Source of the DNA: an uncultured Acidimicrobiaceae bacterium
GTDB lineage: Bacteria > Actinomycetota > Acidimicrobiia > Acidimicrobiales > Aldehydirespiratoraceae
DNA: 64,000 nucleotides
Direction: 5' to 3'
Assembly (NCBI GenBank): GCA_913041415.1
Contig: CAJWHS010000001.1
Span: 3,844-67,843, forward strand
The notes under the pieces are model-generated. The model did no database searches. It had not been told where the DNA came from and saw nothing but the letters and a program-made list of their open reading frames with translations. Shown here piece by piece: positions 34,155 through 43,388 of the stretch (within the stretch, counting starts at the first letter, position 1; every line of letters starts with the position of its first letter). Position numbers and translations under genes: made by a program.

Positions 34155-35735
34155 ATGCCCCGCCCGACGTCGTTCGCCGAGCTCGGTGTCCCGGTGGCCA
34201 TCGTCGAGGCACTGAGCACCTCTGGAATCACGCAGCCGTTCGCCATCCAGGCCGAGACCATCCCCGATCTGGTCGACGGACGCGACGTCATCGGTCGGGC
34301 CCCGACCGGATCGGGAAAGACGCTGGCGTTCGGCATCCCTGCCGTCGCGATGGCGCTCGAACGCGGCCCGGCCCGCAAGAAACGCCCACGGGTCCTGATC
34401 CTTGCGCCGACCCGCGAACTCGCCGGCCAGATTCACGACGACCTCGCGCCGATGCTCGCCGCTGTCGGGCGCCACGGACTCGCCGTCTATGGCGGTGTCG
34501 GCCTTCAACCCCAGATCAACCGACTCTCCAGCGGCGTCGACGTGCTCGTCGCAACGCCCGGCCGACTCGAGGATCTGATCCAGCAACGGGTCGTGTCGCT
34601 CGCCGAGGTCGAGTACGTGGTCATCGACGAGGCCGACCGCATGGCCGACATGGGCTTCATGCCGGCGGTGAAGCGACTGCTCGACCAGGCCGGCGACGAC
34701 CCACAAACTGTGCTCTATTCGGCGACACTCGACGGCGAGGTCGCCAAGCTCACGAAGGCCTACCAGTCCAATCCAGTTCGGCACGAGGTCGGTGAAGCCT
34801 CCCCCGATCTCGACAAGATGACCCACTACTTTTGGAAGCTTCCCCGCCCGGAACGCATTTCGCTATGCGCATCGGTTATCGCCACATTCGGCCGCACGAT
34901 CGTGTTCACCCGCACCCGCCATGGCGCCGACCGTGCTGCGCGCCAACTCACCCGGGCCGGCGTGACAGCGGTGCCGATCCATGGCAACCGCTCACAAAGC
35001 CAGCGACAACGAGCCCTCGACGACTTCGGCCGGGGCAAGGCAGCGGCCCTGGTCGCCACCGATGTCGCTGCCCGGGGCATCCATGTCGACGCAGTCGAGT
35101 GTGTCGTGCACTTCGACCCGGTCGACGAGGACTCCGCCTACGTCCACCGTTCCGGGCGCACGGCCCGAGCGGGCGCTCGCGGCACGGTCGTGTCGTTCGT
35201 GGATCCCGGCCAGATCAAGGACGTCCAGAAGATGAAGCGGCGGCTCGAACTGCCGCAGGAGATCACTCCGCCGCCCGACATTGACGGCACACCACTCCCT
35301 CATGAGGAGACGGCCACCGACATGGCGCCAATCCAGGGACGCACGGCACCACATGATCGCGAACGAGCGCGCGACGACCGTCCCCGCAGGTCCAGCGGCC
35401 AGGCTCAGAAGCGGGGCGCCAAGCCCGGCGCCAAAGCCAAGAAGGGCAAGCCAAATCGGGGGAACCAGGGCGGCCAGCGTCGTGATCAACCCAGCGAGGG
35501 CGGCCGCAAGCCCCATCGCAAGGGCGGCAACGGCCAGGGGCCGAAACCGGGCGCAAGGGCCACCAAGAAGCGTGCTGACTCGAATCGAGGCCCCAAGCAG
35601 GGTGGACCGAAGGCGGGTGGTGGGCGGCCGCCCCAGAAGCGTTCAGGTGGTCGATCCGGTCAAGGCAAGGAGGGCCAGGGTGGCCGGGGAAGCCAGAGCG
35701 GCGAGCGCCGCCGTGGTCAGGGCCGCACCTCGTAG
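34155..35735 (+). CDS. DEAD-box RNA helicase with a long basic Gly/Lys/Arg-rich C-terminal tail
   Basis: ATG at 34155 lies 6 nt after TACGGT. Motifs are APTGSGKTLAFGIP, VIDEADRM, SAT (YSATL) and HRSGRTARAG. The last ~140 aa are low-complexity (G/K/R/Q/P). Confidence 0.9.
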   Translation: MPRPTSFAELGVPVAIVEALSTSGITQPFAIQAETIPDLVDGRDVIGRAPTGSGKTLAFGIPAVAMALERGPARKKRPRVLILAPTRELAGQIHDDLAPMLAAVGRHGLAVYGGVGLQPQINRLSSGVDVLVATPGRLEDLIQQRVVSLAEVEYVVIDEADRMADMGFMPAVKRLLDQAGDDPQTVLYSATLDGEVAKLTKAYQSNPVRHEVGEASPDLDKMTHYFWKLPRPERISLCASVIATFGRTIVFTRTRHGADRAARQLTRAGVTAVPIHGNRSQSQRQRALDDFGRGKAAALVATDVAARGIHVDAVECVVHFDPVDEDSAYVHRSGRTARAGARGTVVSFVDPGQIKDVQKMKRRLELPQEITPPPDIDGTPLPHEETATDMAPIQGRTAPHDRERARDDRPRRSSGQAQKRGAKPGAKAKKGKPNRGNQGGQRRDQPSEGGRKPHRKGGNGQGPKPGARATKKRADSNRGPKQGGPKAGGGRPPQKRSGGRSGQGKEGQGGRGSQSGERRRGQGRTS

Positions 35736-36784
35736 TACCGGTTCATCACGTCGACATCGAACTCTCGACTGACGAACCCGGTAAAGCCGGCGGCCTGCGT
35801 CATCTCCTCGAACACGCCGGTGGTCAGACCGAGTGTGCCGAGTCCTGCGCCACCGGGCTCCGACATTGCCGACGACATGCAGTACAGGATCGACATGCCG
35901 TACATCAGCGGCAGGACAGGGATGGCCCGGTTGTCCTCGAGGCCGCCGCGTGCGCGAATGTCGGCGACCATCCAGACGCCGTGGTCGGCGAGGCATTCGC
36001 GCGCCGACCGCACCGCTGCACCGGGACGGGGAAGGTCATGGATGACGTCGAGCGTGAGGAGCAGGTCGACATCGGCGAACTCCCCGAGGTCGTCGAAGGT
36101 GCCCTGCCGGAACGACAGATTGTCGAGGCCCGCTTCGGCGGCACGAGCGGATGCGGCAGCGATCGCGTGGCTCGAGGGATCCACCCCGATCACGGTGGTG
36201 TTTGGAAACGCCTGCGCGACCGTCGTGGCGGCGACGCCGGCGCCACACCCGATGTCGACAACGGTCGCCCCAGCCCGGAGGCGTTCGGTCATGGCCTCGA
36301 TCGAGTCCAAGATGACCGGGACGAGATAGGCCTTCTGCCCGCCTGCGCCCATCGCAGCCTGGAAGTGACATGTCTCGGCCCCGTGTTCGTCCCAGGTCAT
36401 GCCGATGCCGCTGGAGAACGCCCCGATCGTGCGGTCGATCTCGTGCTGGGTGATGGGTGGCCCGAAAACACCCGCCTGGTATTGGGGATGATCGGATTGG
36501 GCCAGCACCACGGAGGCCTCGGGCGTCAGCATGAACTCGCCGTCGTCATGTTGGGCGAGGTCGAGAGAGCTCAGAAGGAACAGAAACTCTCGAAGCCAGC
36601 GCTCGTGGAGGCCGGTCGTCTCGGCGAAGGCGGCCGAGGTCGTCGGCCCGGCCTCTTCGAGCGCAGTGAAGAGGTCGAGTTTGTGACCGACGTGCAGCAC
36701 TGCACTGGCGACCTCGCCCTCCTTGAGCTTGAAGAGGCTGAGGACCGTGAGCCCCAACTGACCGGGATCGAGTTCCGTACGCAT
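35717..36784 (-). CDS. Class I SAM-dependent methyltransferase with an N-terminal wHTH-like dimerisation domain
   Basis: SAM motif I VVDIGCGAG. 355 aa. Confidence 0.8.
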   Translation of the reverse strand: MRTELDPGQLGLTVLSLFKLKEGEVASAVLHVGHKLDLFTALEEAGPTTSAAFAETTGLHERWLREFLFLLSSLDLAQHDDGEFMLTPEASVVLAQSDHPQYQAGVFGPPITQHEIDRTIGAFSSGIGMTWDEHGAETCHFQAAMGAGGQKAYLVPVILDSIEAMTERLRAGATVVDIGCGAGVAATTVAQAFPNTTVIGVDPSSHAIAAASARAAEAGLDNLSFRQGTFDDLGEFADVDLLLTLDVIHDLPRPGAAVRSARECLADHGVWMVADIRARGGLEDNRAIPVLPLMYGMSILYCMSSAMSEPGGAGLGTLGLTTGVFEEMTQAAGFTGFVSREFDVDVMNRYYEVRP

Positions 36785-36873
36785 GTCCGGGAGTATCCCT
36801 CGTGCCTGCGCCGGGCACCACCCGCGGAGCCCGGCGAGATCAAACCCGCTGGATGTCGAACGGCTTCACGGTG

Positions 36874-39309
36874 TCACCAGCGACTGGGGGCGAGGACCAT
36901 GACCTGACGCTCGGTCTTGGTGGGCACAAGATCTCGCTTCGAGGCCTCGATATCGAATGGCACCGGGTTGGGGTCGAGCTTCTTGGGGTCCTCGTCGTCG
37001 GCCATCTGGACAAGAAGATCACCCAGCCCGCCGATCGAACCGAGCGAACCAAACCACGCGAGCGTGACAGTTTCGGCGGTTCCCAGTTTGGCGACCCGCA
37101 CCCCTTGCCCGCCTCGGCCCTTGGACTCGAATTCCTCATACGGCGTGGCCTTCGCAGCCGAGTCGGACGTGATTGCAAGCACGACGCCGTCGCCGATCAC
37201 CGGACCGGCGCCAACGACCTCGGCCCCTGTCTTGAGCTTTATGCCTGCGACACCTCCAGCACCTCGACCCTGCACGGAAATGGAGTCGAGTGGCATGCGC
37301 AGAACCTGGCCATCGGAGGCGACGGCGATCACATCGACCCCAGCAGGTGCCCGGAACGCAGCGACCACCCGATCGCCGTCCTTGAGTCCGATCACCGGCT
37401 TGCCAGACTTCGTTGCGAGCACCTCGTCGGCGGTGACCTGCTTCGCGACGCCCCGGGCAGTGACGAGGACGAGATTCTCCTCGCCCACCCCGACGAGTGC
37501 GAGTGCATCCTCGCCCTTGTTCAGGCCGAGCTGCTGCGCGGCGGCGTTGCCGCGAGTGCGGCCACCGGCGTCGGCGGCTTCGCCGGCGTGGAAGATGAAC
37601 GCCCGACCCTCGGAGGTTACTGCAGCGATCGCGATGCCGGTCGACGTGACCAGCGCGGACGCTACGAGGTCGTGGCGGCCGGCCACGCCCTTCCTGGCGC
37701 CTTCGGTCGGGACTCGGCCGAGGTTGCCCGAGGACGACAGGGTGACGACACACGGTTCGTTGCTGTCGGTGTCGAACGAGGTGTCGTTCTCCTTGGGGCG
37801 CTCGAAGACCGGTATGTCGTCGGCGTTGATGATCTCGGCCCGGCGATCCTGGCCATGCTTGTTGACGAGTTCGCCGAGCTCTTTCAGCACGAGCTTGCGA
37901 CGGCGATCCTCGCTGTCGAGCAACCATTCGTACTCGGCGATGTCGGTGCGCAGGCCGGCGGCTTCGTCTTCGAGCTCGAGCTTGGCGAGCGCAGTGAGGC
38001 GACGCAGCGCCATGTCGAGGATGTGTGTGGCCTGGATGACCGACAGCTCGAAGCGTTCAATGAGGCGGTCACGGGCTTCGCCGGCGTTTTCCGACGAGCG
38101 AATGATGGCAACCACATCGTCGATCGCATCGAGGGCGATCAGGAGACCTTCGAGGATGTGGAGGCGATCCTGCGCCTTCTCCAGTCGGAACTGGGTTCGG
38201 CGGACGATGACCTCGAGGCGGTGCTCGATGTAGGCGCGGCACAGGTCGGAGAGCCCGAGCGTGGTGGGTACGCCTTCGACGAGCACCACATTGTTGATGC
38301 CGAACGACTCCTCGAGCGGGGTGAGGCGATACAGCTCCTGGAGCACGGCCTGCGGATTGACGGCTGGCTTCACATCGATCTGGATCATGAGGCCGTTCAT
38401 GTCCGACAGGTCGGCAATGCCCTCGATGCCAATGAGCTTGCCGTTGTTGGCGAGTTCCTGAACCTTGCCGATCACCCGCTCCGGACCCACGAGGTAGGGC
38501 AACTCAGTGACGATGATCGACTGGCGATTGCGTGAGGTCTGTTCGACGTGGGCTTTCGCCCGGATGCGGAACGTGCCGCGGCCCGTCTCATAGGCCTCGC
38601 GGAGGCCGTCGTCGACGACGATGCCGCCCGACGGGAAGTCGGGGCCGGGCAGCACGGCCATGAGTTCGTCGATTGTCGGCTTGGGCCGACGTTTGGTCAT
38701 GACGATCTCGATCGCATCGGCGACCTCGCGAAGGTTGTGTGGGGCCATGTTCGTGGCCATGCCCACGGCAATGCCGCTGGTGCCGTTGACGAGAATGTTG
38801 GGCAGCGCCGCCGGCAACACAATTGGCTCATCGCCCTCGCCGTCGTAGGTGGTGCGGAAGTCGACCGTGTCCTCGTCAAGTTCGCGGACCATGTCCATCG
38901 CCGGCTCGGCCAGACGGCACTCGGTGTAACGCGCAGCGGCGGGCGGATCGTCGAGCGAACCGAAATTGCCCTGCGGATCGATGAGCGGGACCATCCGCGA
39001 AAAGTCCTGGCCCATGCGGGTCAAGGTGTCGTAGATGGCCGCGTCGCCGTGCGGGTGGTAGCGACCCATCGTGTCGCCCACGATGCGGGCCGACTTGCGA
39101 TACGGCGTGCCGGGGCGGATGCCCATCTGCAGCATCGACCAGAGGATGCGGCGCTGCACCGGCTTGAGGCCGTCGCGAGCATCGGGAATGGCACGAGATG
39201 TGATGACCGAGAGGGAATAGGCGAGGAAACTCTCGCTCATCTCCTCGGCAACGGAGACCTCAACGACTTCGCGAGCGAACCCGCCGTCGAATTCGAGCTG
39301 TCGAGACAT
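36874..39309 (-). CDS. Type IIA topoisomerase subunit A, ParC-like (no GyrA box seen)
   Basis: 811 aa with RAIPDARDGLKPVQRRILW, GRYHPHGD, catalytic Tyr region AAARYTE and a beta-pinwheel CTD lacking a QRRGGKG-type GyrA box. No B-subunit gene lies adjacent. Confidence 0.85.
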   Translation of the reverse strand: MSRQLEFDGGFAREVVEVSVAEEMSESFLAYSLSVITSRAIPDARDGLKPVQRRILWSMLQMGIRPGTPYRKSARIVGDTMGRYHPHGDAAIYDTLTRMGQDFSRMVPLIDPQGNFGSLDDPPAAARYTECRLAEPAMDMVRELDEDTVDFRTTYDGEGDEPIVLPAALPNILVNGTSGIAVGMATNMAPHNLREVADAIEIVMTKRRPKPTIDELMAVLPGPDFPSGGIVVDDGLREAYETGRGTFRIRAKAHVEQTSRNRQSIIVTELPYLVGPERVIGKVQELANNGKLIGIEGIADLSDMNGLMIQIDVKPAVNPQAVLQELYRLTPLEESFGINNVVLVEGVPTTLGLSDLCRAYIEHRLEVIVRRTQFRLEKAQDRLHILEGLLIALDAIDDVVAIIRSSENAGEARDRLIERFELSVIQATHILDMALRRLTALAKLELEDEAAGLRTDIAEYEWLLDSEDRRRKLVLKELGELVNKHGQDRRAEIINADDIPVFERPKENDTSFDTDSNEPCVVTLSSSGNLGRVPTEGARKGVAGRHDLVASALVTSTGIAIAAVTSEGRAFIFHAGEAADAGGRTRGNAAAQQLGLNKGEDALALVGVGEENLVLVTARGVAKQVTADEVLATKSGKPVIGLKDGDRVVAAFRAPAGVDVIAVASDGQVLRMPLDSISVQGRGAGGVAGIKLKTGAEVVGAGPVIGDGVVLAITSDSAAKATPYEEFESKGRGGQGVRVAKLGTAETVTLAWFGSLGSIGGLGDLLVQMADDEDPKKLDPNPVPFDIEASKRDLVPTKTERQVMVLAPSRW

Positions 39310-39316
39310 GGCGCCG

Positions 39317-39338
39317 ACCGTAGTCAGGGGCTGTGACC
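39317..39338 (-). promoter_or_regulatory. RecA-NDp-like promoter element upstream of the ParC-like gene
   Basis: Gene strand reads GGTCACAG-CCCCTGAC-TACGGT, then 7 nt, then ATG (39309). Confidence 0.5.
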
Positions 39339-39376
39339 CTCAGGTGGAGGGGCGGACGTCTCGGCTCGTCGTGTGC

Positions 39377-40501
39377 TCAGCTCAGCGTGTCGAGGTACTC
39401 GGTGACAAGCGGCAAGCCGGCGTCGAAGACCTCCGAGTTGTTCCCGAAACCGACCCGAACGAAGCCCTCCATGCCCAAGGCGCTGCCGGGCGTGAACATC
39501 ACACTGCCGGCGCCCTCGACGAGGCCGACACAGAACTCGCGAGAGGTCAGGTCGGCGTCGTAGCGCAGCAAGGTGACCGTGCCGCCCTGCGGACGGGTCC
39601 ACAAGACACGCGACTCTGTGTCGACCCAGGCAGCGAGGGTGTCGAGGTTGGCTCGCACGAGCGCGCGGTTGCGACCGAGGATCGCCTCGGCGTTCTCCAG
39701 CGCGAGCGACGCAAGATGATCGTCGATCATGCCGACGCTGATCGTGTTGTAATCTCGGTGGATCGTGACGTCGTGAAGGAGCCCGGCTGGTCCCGCGATC
39801 CAGCCGAGGCGAAGCCCGGCGAGCGAGAACGCTTTCGACATCGACCCGACGGCGATCGCCCGATCGGAGAGATCGACCACCGACACCGTCGTGCCGCTCC
39901 CCTGCTGATCGATACCCCGGTAGACCTCATCGCAGAGCAGCCAGGCACCGGCTCGCTCACACGCATCGGCGATGGTCTGCAGCGTCGGGCGCTCGAGCAG
40001 TGCTCCGGTCGGGTTGTTCGGGTTGGTGAGCGAGACGACCTTCGTGCCTGGCGTGATCGCAGCCACGAGCTTATCGATATCGAGCTGCCAACCGTGCTCC
40101 TCGCGCAAGGGCACCCGGGTGACGTTCGCCCCGAGCGACTCGGGGATCGACGTGTGCTGCTGATAGCTCGGGACGACCGACACGACATGGTCGCCCGGCT
40201 CGACCAGCGCCAGGTACACAAGCTGATTCGCCCCGATGGCGCCGTGGGTAACCAGGGTGTTCTTCCCGGTCTGGTGCTCGTATAGGGCGGCAATGGCCAA
40301 GCGCAGACGATCGGATCCCTCGATCGCGCCGTACGTCAGCCTCATGCCGAGGAGTTCGTGGAGATGCTCGGGGCTCTGGTCTGACAGCTGCAGGAGCTCC
40401 TCGACCGTGATCGAGTCACAGCAGGTCTCGGCCAGGTTGTGTCGGCAGCGGGTCTCGTATTCGTTCATCCACTGCTCGACACCGAACGGGGCGATCTGCA
40501 T
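39377..40501 (-). CDS. PLP-dependent aminotransferase, class I/II
   Basis: 374 aa with the PLP-lysine region GSMSKAFSLAGLRLGW. Confidence 0.85.
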   Translation of the reverse strand: MQIAPFGVEQWMNEYETRCRHNLAETCCDSITVEELLQLSDQSPEHLHELLGMRLTYGAIEGSDRLRLAIAALYEHQTGKNTLVTHGAIGANQLVYLALVEPGDHVVSVVPSYQQHTSIPESLGANVTRVPLREEHGWQLDIDKLVAAITPGTKVVSLTNPNNPTGALLERPTLQTIADACERAGAWLLCDEVYRGIDQQGSGTTVSVVDLSDRAIAVGSMSKAFSLAGLRLGWIAGPAGLLHDVTIHRDYNTISVGMIDDHLASLALENAEAILGRNRALVRANLDTLAAWVDTESRVLWTRPQGGTVTLLRYDADLTSREFCVGLVEGAGSVMFTPGSALGMEGFVRVGFGNNSEVFDAGLPLVTEYLDTLS

Positions 40502-40534
40502 GGCGGTGAGGCTAGACCAGCGATGGCGCCCGGC

Positions 40535-41788
40535 TCAGATCGGTTGCCAGGCTCGCACTAGCGCAGCCGGCAGCACTGCGGCGCCAAAGTCGGTGAGGCA
40601 GTGGTCGAGATCGACGACGCCGAGCGGGCCCCAGGCCTCGACCGCCACGGCAAACGCCCGGGCGACCCGGGCCCGATCGGCCTTTGGGATCGTCGAGGTG
40701 ACCTCCGGACAACGGTTCACGTGGTCGACTAGGACGTCGGGGTCGACATGGGTCCCAGCGCCGGCCCGCACGACACCGAGGACAGCACCGAGCCAGTCGG
40801 CGAACTCGAGTTCCAGCACGGCCTGCCGGGCATCGCTGTTCAATGGCACGAGCGATGCCGGCGCGAGAGCGGCAGCAAGCACCGCGAGTACGACATCGGC
40901 GTCGGGTTCGTCGAGATCAATCGGCCCGACCGAGGCGGCCAGCCACTGGGCAAGTTCGTCATCGGTGTCAGCCGCAGCGCGCAGTGTCGCAGCAGCAGCA
41001 GAGACGGCAGCCGGATCGAGTGCGTCGGGCGCCAGAGGCTCCCCGAGGGCCCGACGCACCACGTCCGCAGCCCAGGCAGCGTCGTCGGGATCCCGCTCGG
41101 GAAGATCGGGCACATCGGGTTCGATCCAGGCAGGCGGTTCGAGGTCGTCGATGCCGAAGGACGAGAGTCGGGCCAACACCACCCGACCGACAGCAACGAA
41201 CGACGCCGAGGGTTCGGACGTCGCCCGCATCGCCCGAGCGACACGTTCTGCTAGTTCGGGCGCCGGAACCGAACGGCTCTTCAGGCCCGCCGACTCGTCC
41301 GCAGTGGCGTCGAGGAGTTCGGCGGGGCCGACGGTGGCCTCGCCGATTGTCTCACCGGTGTCGCCTGCGCCGGGCACCAGGTCAAGGACGAGCACGTGGC
41401 GTTCGTCGGCGGCATCAACGAAGCGGAACGCTGCCGAATCGCCCCGCCAGTCGCCGACGATCCACGCCGCCTCGCAGATCGACGTCAGCAACTGATCGGC
41501 CCAGGTCGGTGCCGGTTCGAGCGCGGGGTCGTCGAGGTCGACGAGATCCGACACGGCGCCGATCGCCCAGAGTCCGGCGGCAGGGCCCGGGCCACCGGCG
41601 ACGGCGAGTGCCTCGGCCACCGCTGGAGGCCCGTCGGGGTCGAGCTCGGCCGCAAGCGCAACAAGGTCGGCGGCCCAGACCTCGGCACGAACGGCGTCGA
41701 GGTCGAGGAGCTCGTCAGCCTGCTCGATCGCATCTGCAATCAGGGCGGCGAGGGCGGGGGCTAGGGGGTCGGGGCGGTGGTCAGGCAC
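40535..41788 (-). CDS. Hypothetical acidic Ala/Asp/Leu-rich protein
   Basis: 417-aa ORF with strong GC3 codon bias. I recognise no motif. Confidence 0.5.
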   Translation of the reverse strand: MPDHRPDPLAPALAALIADAIEQADELLDLDAVRAEVWAADLVALAAELDPDGPPAVAEALAVAGGPGPAAGLWAIGAVSDLVDLDDPALEPAPTWADQLLTSICEAAWIVGDWRGDSAAFRFVDAADERHVLVLDLVPGAGDTGETIGEATVGPAELLDATADESAGLKSRSVPAPELAERVARAMRATSEPSASFVAVGRVVLARLSSFGIDDLEPPAWIEPDVPDLPERDPDDAAWAADVVRRALGEPLAPDALDPAAVSAAAATLRAAADTDDELAQWLAASVGPIDLDEPDADVVLAVLAAALAPASLVPLNSDARQAVLELEFADWLGAVLGVVRAGAGTHVDPDVLVDHVNRCPEVTSTIPKADRARVARAFAVAVEAWGPLGVVDLDHCLTDFGAAVLPAALVRAWQPI

Positions 41789-41879
41789 GGGCGGCTGAGC
41801 CTACCGGCGTGTCTCGGGCCGGACCGGTGAGGCAGGCTGCGACGTCTCGGGGAGAAAGCGGCGGGCGTAGGGTGCAGCC

Positions 41880-42722
41880 GTGCCTGAACTGCCCGAGGTC
41901 GAGACGATCCGCCGTCAACTCGAACCAAAGCTGATCGACACAGCGATCGTCGACGCGGGCTCACACTGGTCGGCGAAGTTCACGCCAGCTCTCGATGCCG
42001 TCGGCACCGAGGTCGTCGGCGCCCGTCGACGCGGCAAGTATCTGCTGTTCGATCTCGACCCGGGCGTCGATGGTGGACCACTGCGTGAACTCGTCGTCCA
42101 TCTCGGGATGACGGGTCGTCTCGCCGTCCACCAACCCGGCAATGCGCTTGCGCTCGACAACCCGGCCGCCGAGCCGCACCTTCGGGCCTGGTGGCGGCTC
42201 GATGACGACCGGGTGTTGACATTCCACGACATCCGCCGGTTCGGGCGCATCCACGTCGTCGACGCAGGCGACTACTGCACCATTCCGACACTTCACGCCT
42301 TGGGGCCCGAGCCGTGGGATCCCAACTTCAGCGGGAAGTACCTTGCTGCGTTCGTGAAACGCAGCGACCGGTGCCTCAAGACCATTCTGCTGGCGCAGCG
42401 GGCCGTGGCCGGTGTCGGCAACATCTACGCCGATGAGGCGCTGTGGGATGCTCGCATCAACCCGGCAACCCGGCGGCTCTCACGCCAACGGGCTGATGAG
42501 CTCGTCGTTGCGATCCGGCGAACACTCGAATCCGGACTTGCGCATGGCGGCACGACCCTTCGAGACTACGTCGATTCCAACGGAGAGCAGGGCGGCAATC
42601 AGCACGAACTCGCCTGCTATGGGCGAGGAGGCGAACCGTGCCTGCGCTGTGGTGAGGAGCTCCGCACCCGGGTCATCGACGCTCGCACGACCACCTGGTG
42701 CCTGGCCTGCCAAGCCCGGTAA
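41880..42722 (+). CDS. mutM: Formamidopyrimidine-DNA glycosylase (Fpg/Nei family)
   Basis: N-terminal (M)PELPEVE, an H2TH region and the C-terminal zinc finger CLRCG...CLACQ. The GTG start lies 6 nt after TAGGGT. Confidence 0.9.
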   Translation: MPELPEVETIRRQLEPKLIDTAIVDAGSHWSAKFTPALDAVGTEVVGARRRGKYLLFDLDPGVDGGPLRELVVHLGMTGRLAVHQPGNALALDNPAAEPHLRAWWRLDDDRVLTFHDIRRFGRIHVVDAGDYCTIPTLHALGPEPWDPNFSGKYLAAFVKRSDRCLKTILLAQRAVAGVGNIYADEALWDARINPATRRLSRQRADELVVAIRRTLESGLAHGGTTLRDYVDSNGEQGGNQHELACYGRGGEPCLRCGEELRTRVIDARTTTWCLACQAR

Positions 42723-42783
42723 TCGGTATCAGCCGGTGTGAGCTCGGGGTGCCATCCGTTGAGGTCGGCACCGATGGCAACGC

Positions 42784-43356
42784 TCAGGAGCCGGTCACCC
42801 GAGCGGACTTGCGGGCATCGAGGGCTTCGGGCAGGGCTGTGAACACGACGAGTTCAAGCCCGGCGAGCACACCAATCGCAGCGACGAAGCCGACACCAGC
42901 GGCGGGCTGGTCCTCCATGACCTCGAGCGGGGAACGGCCGGCGACCGCACCGAACGAGCACATGGAAAGGGCGAGGTTGCCGAAGACGTGCAGCCACGTG
43001 GGCGGCGCGTCGACACGACCGAAACAGCCGCACGACTCGGCACCGACGGATATCGCCCGCCACACCGCAGCGGCAAACACGACATAGAGCACGCCGACGA
43101 CAACACGAAGCGCCGCCATATCGCTCAACAGGGCGGCGATTCCGAGCGTGATCTCGGCGAGGCCGAGCGCTCGCGCAAGAGGGGTTCCGGCGACCGGCCT
43201 GCGCGGGAATGCGCCCAGAATCTCAATCAACGCAGCTGTGGCCGTTGGCCGGATCACCTTCACTGCCCCGGCGATCACCATCAAAACCGCAGCCGACGCA
43301 TACAAGACCGTGACGGCGTCCATGACGAGCACCACCCTAACCAGGGCTGGCGGCAC
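42784..43356 (-). CDS. MauE/DoxX-family membrane protein
   Basis: Four to five TM segments and a CGCFG motif. An alternative start lies at 43323. Confidence 0.6.
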   Translation of the reverse strand: MPPALVRVVLVMDAVTVLYASAAVLMVIAGAVKVIRPTATAALIEILGAFPRRPVAGTPLARALGLAEITLGIAALLSDMAALRVVVGVLYVVFAAAVWRAISVGAESCGCFGRVDAPPTWLHVFGNLALSMCSFGAVAGRSPLEVMEDQPAAGVGFVAAIGVLAGLELVVFTALPEALDARKSARVTGS

Positions 43357-43388
43357 CGCAACGAACCCGGCACCGGTACGGTGGCCTC

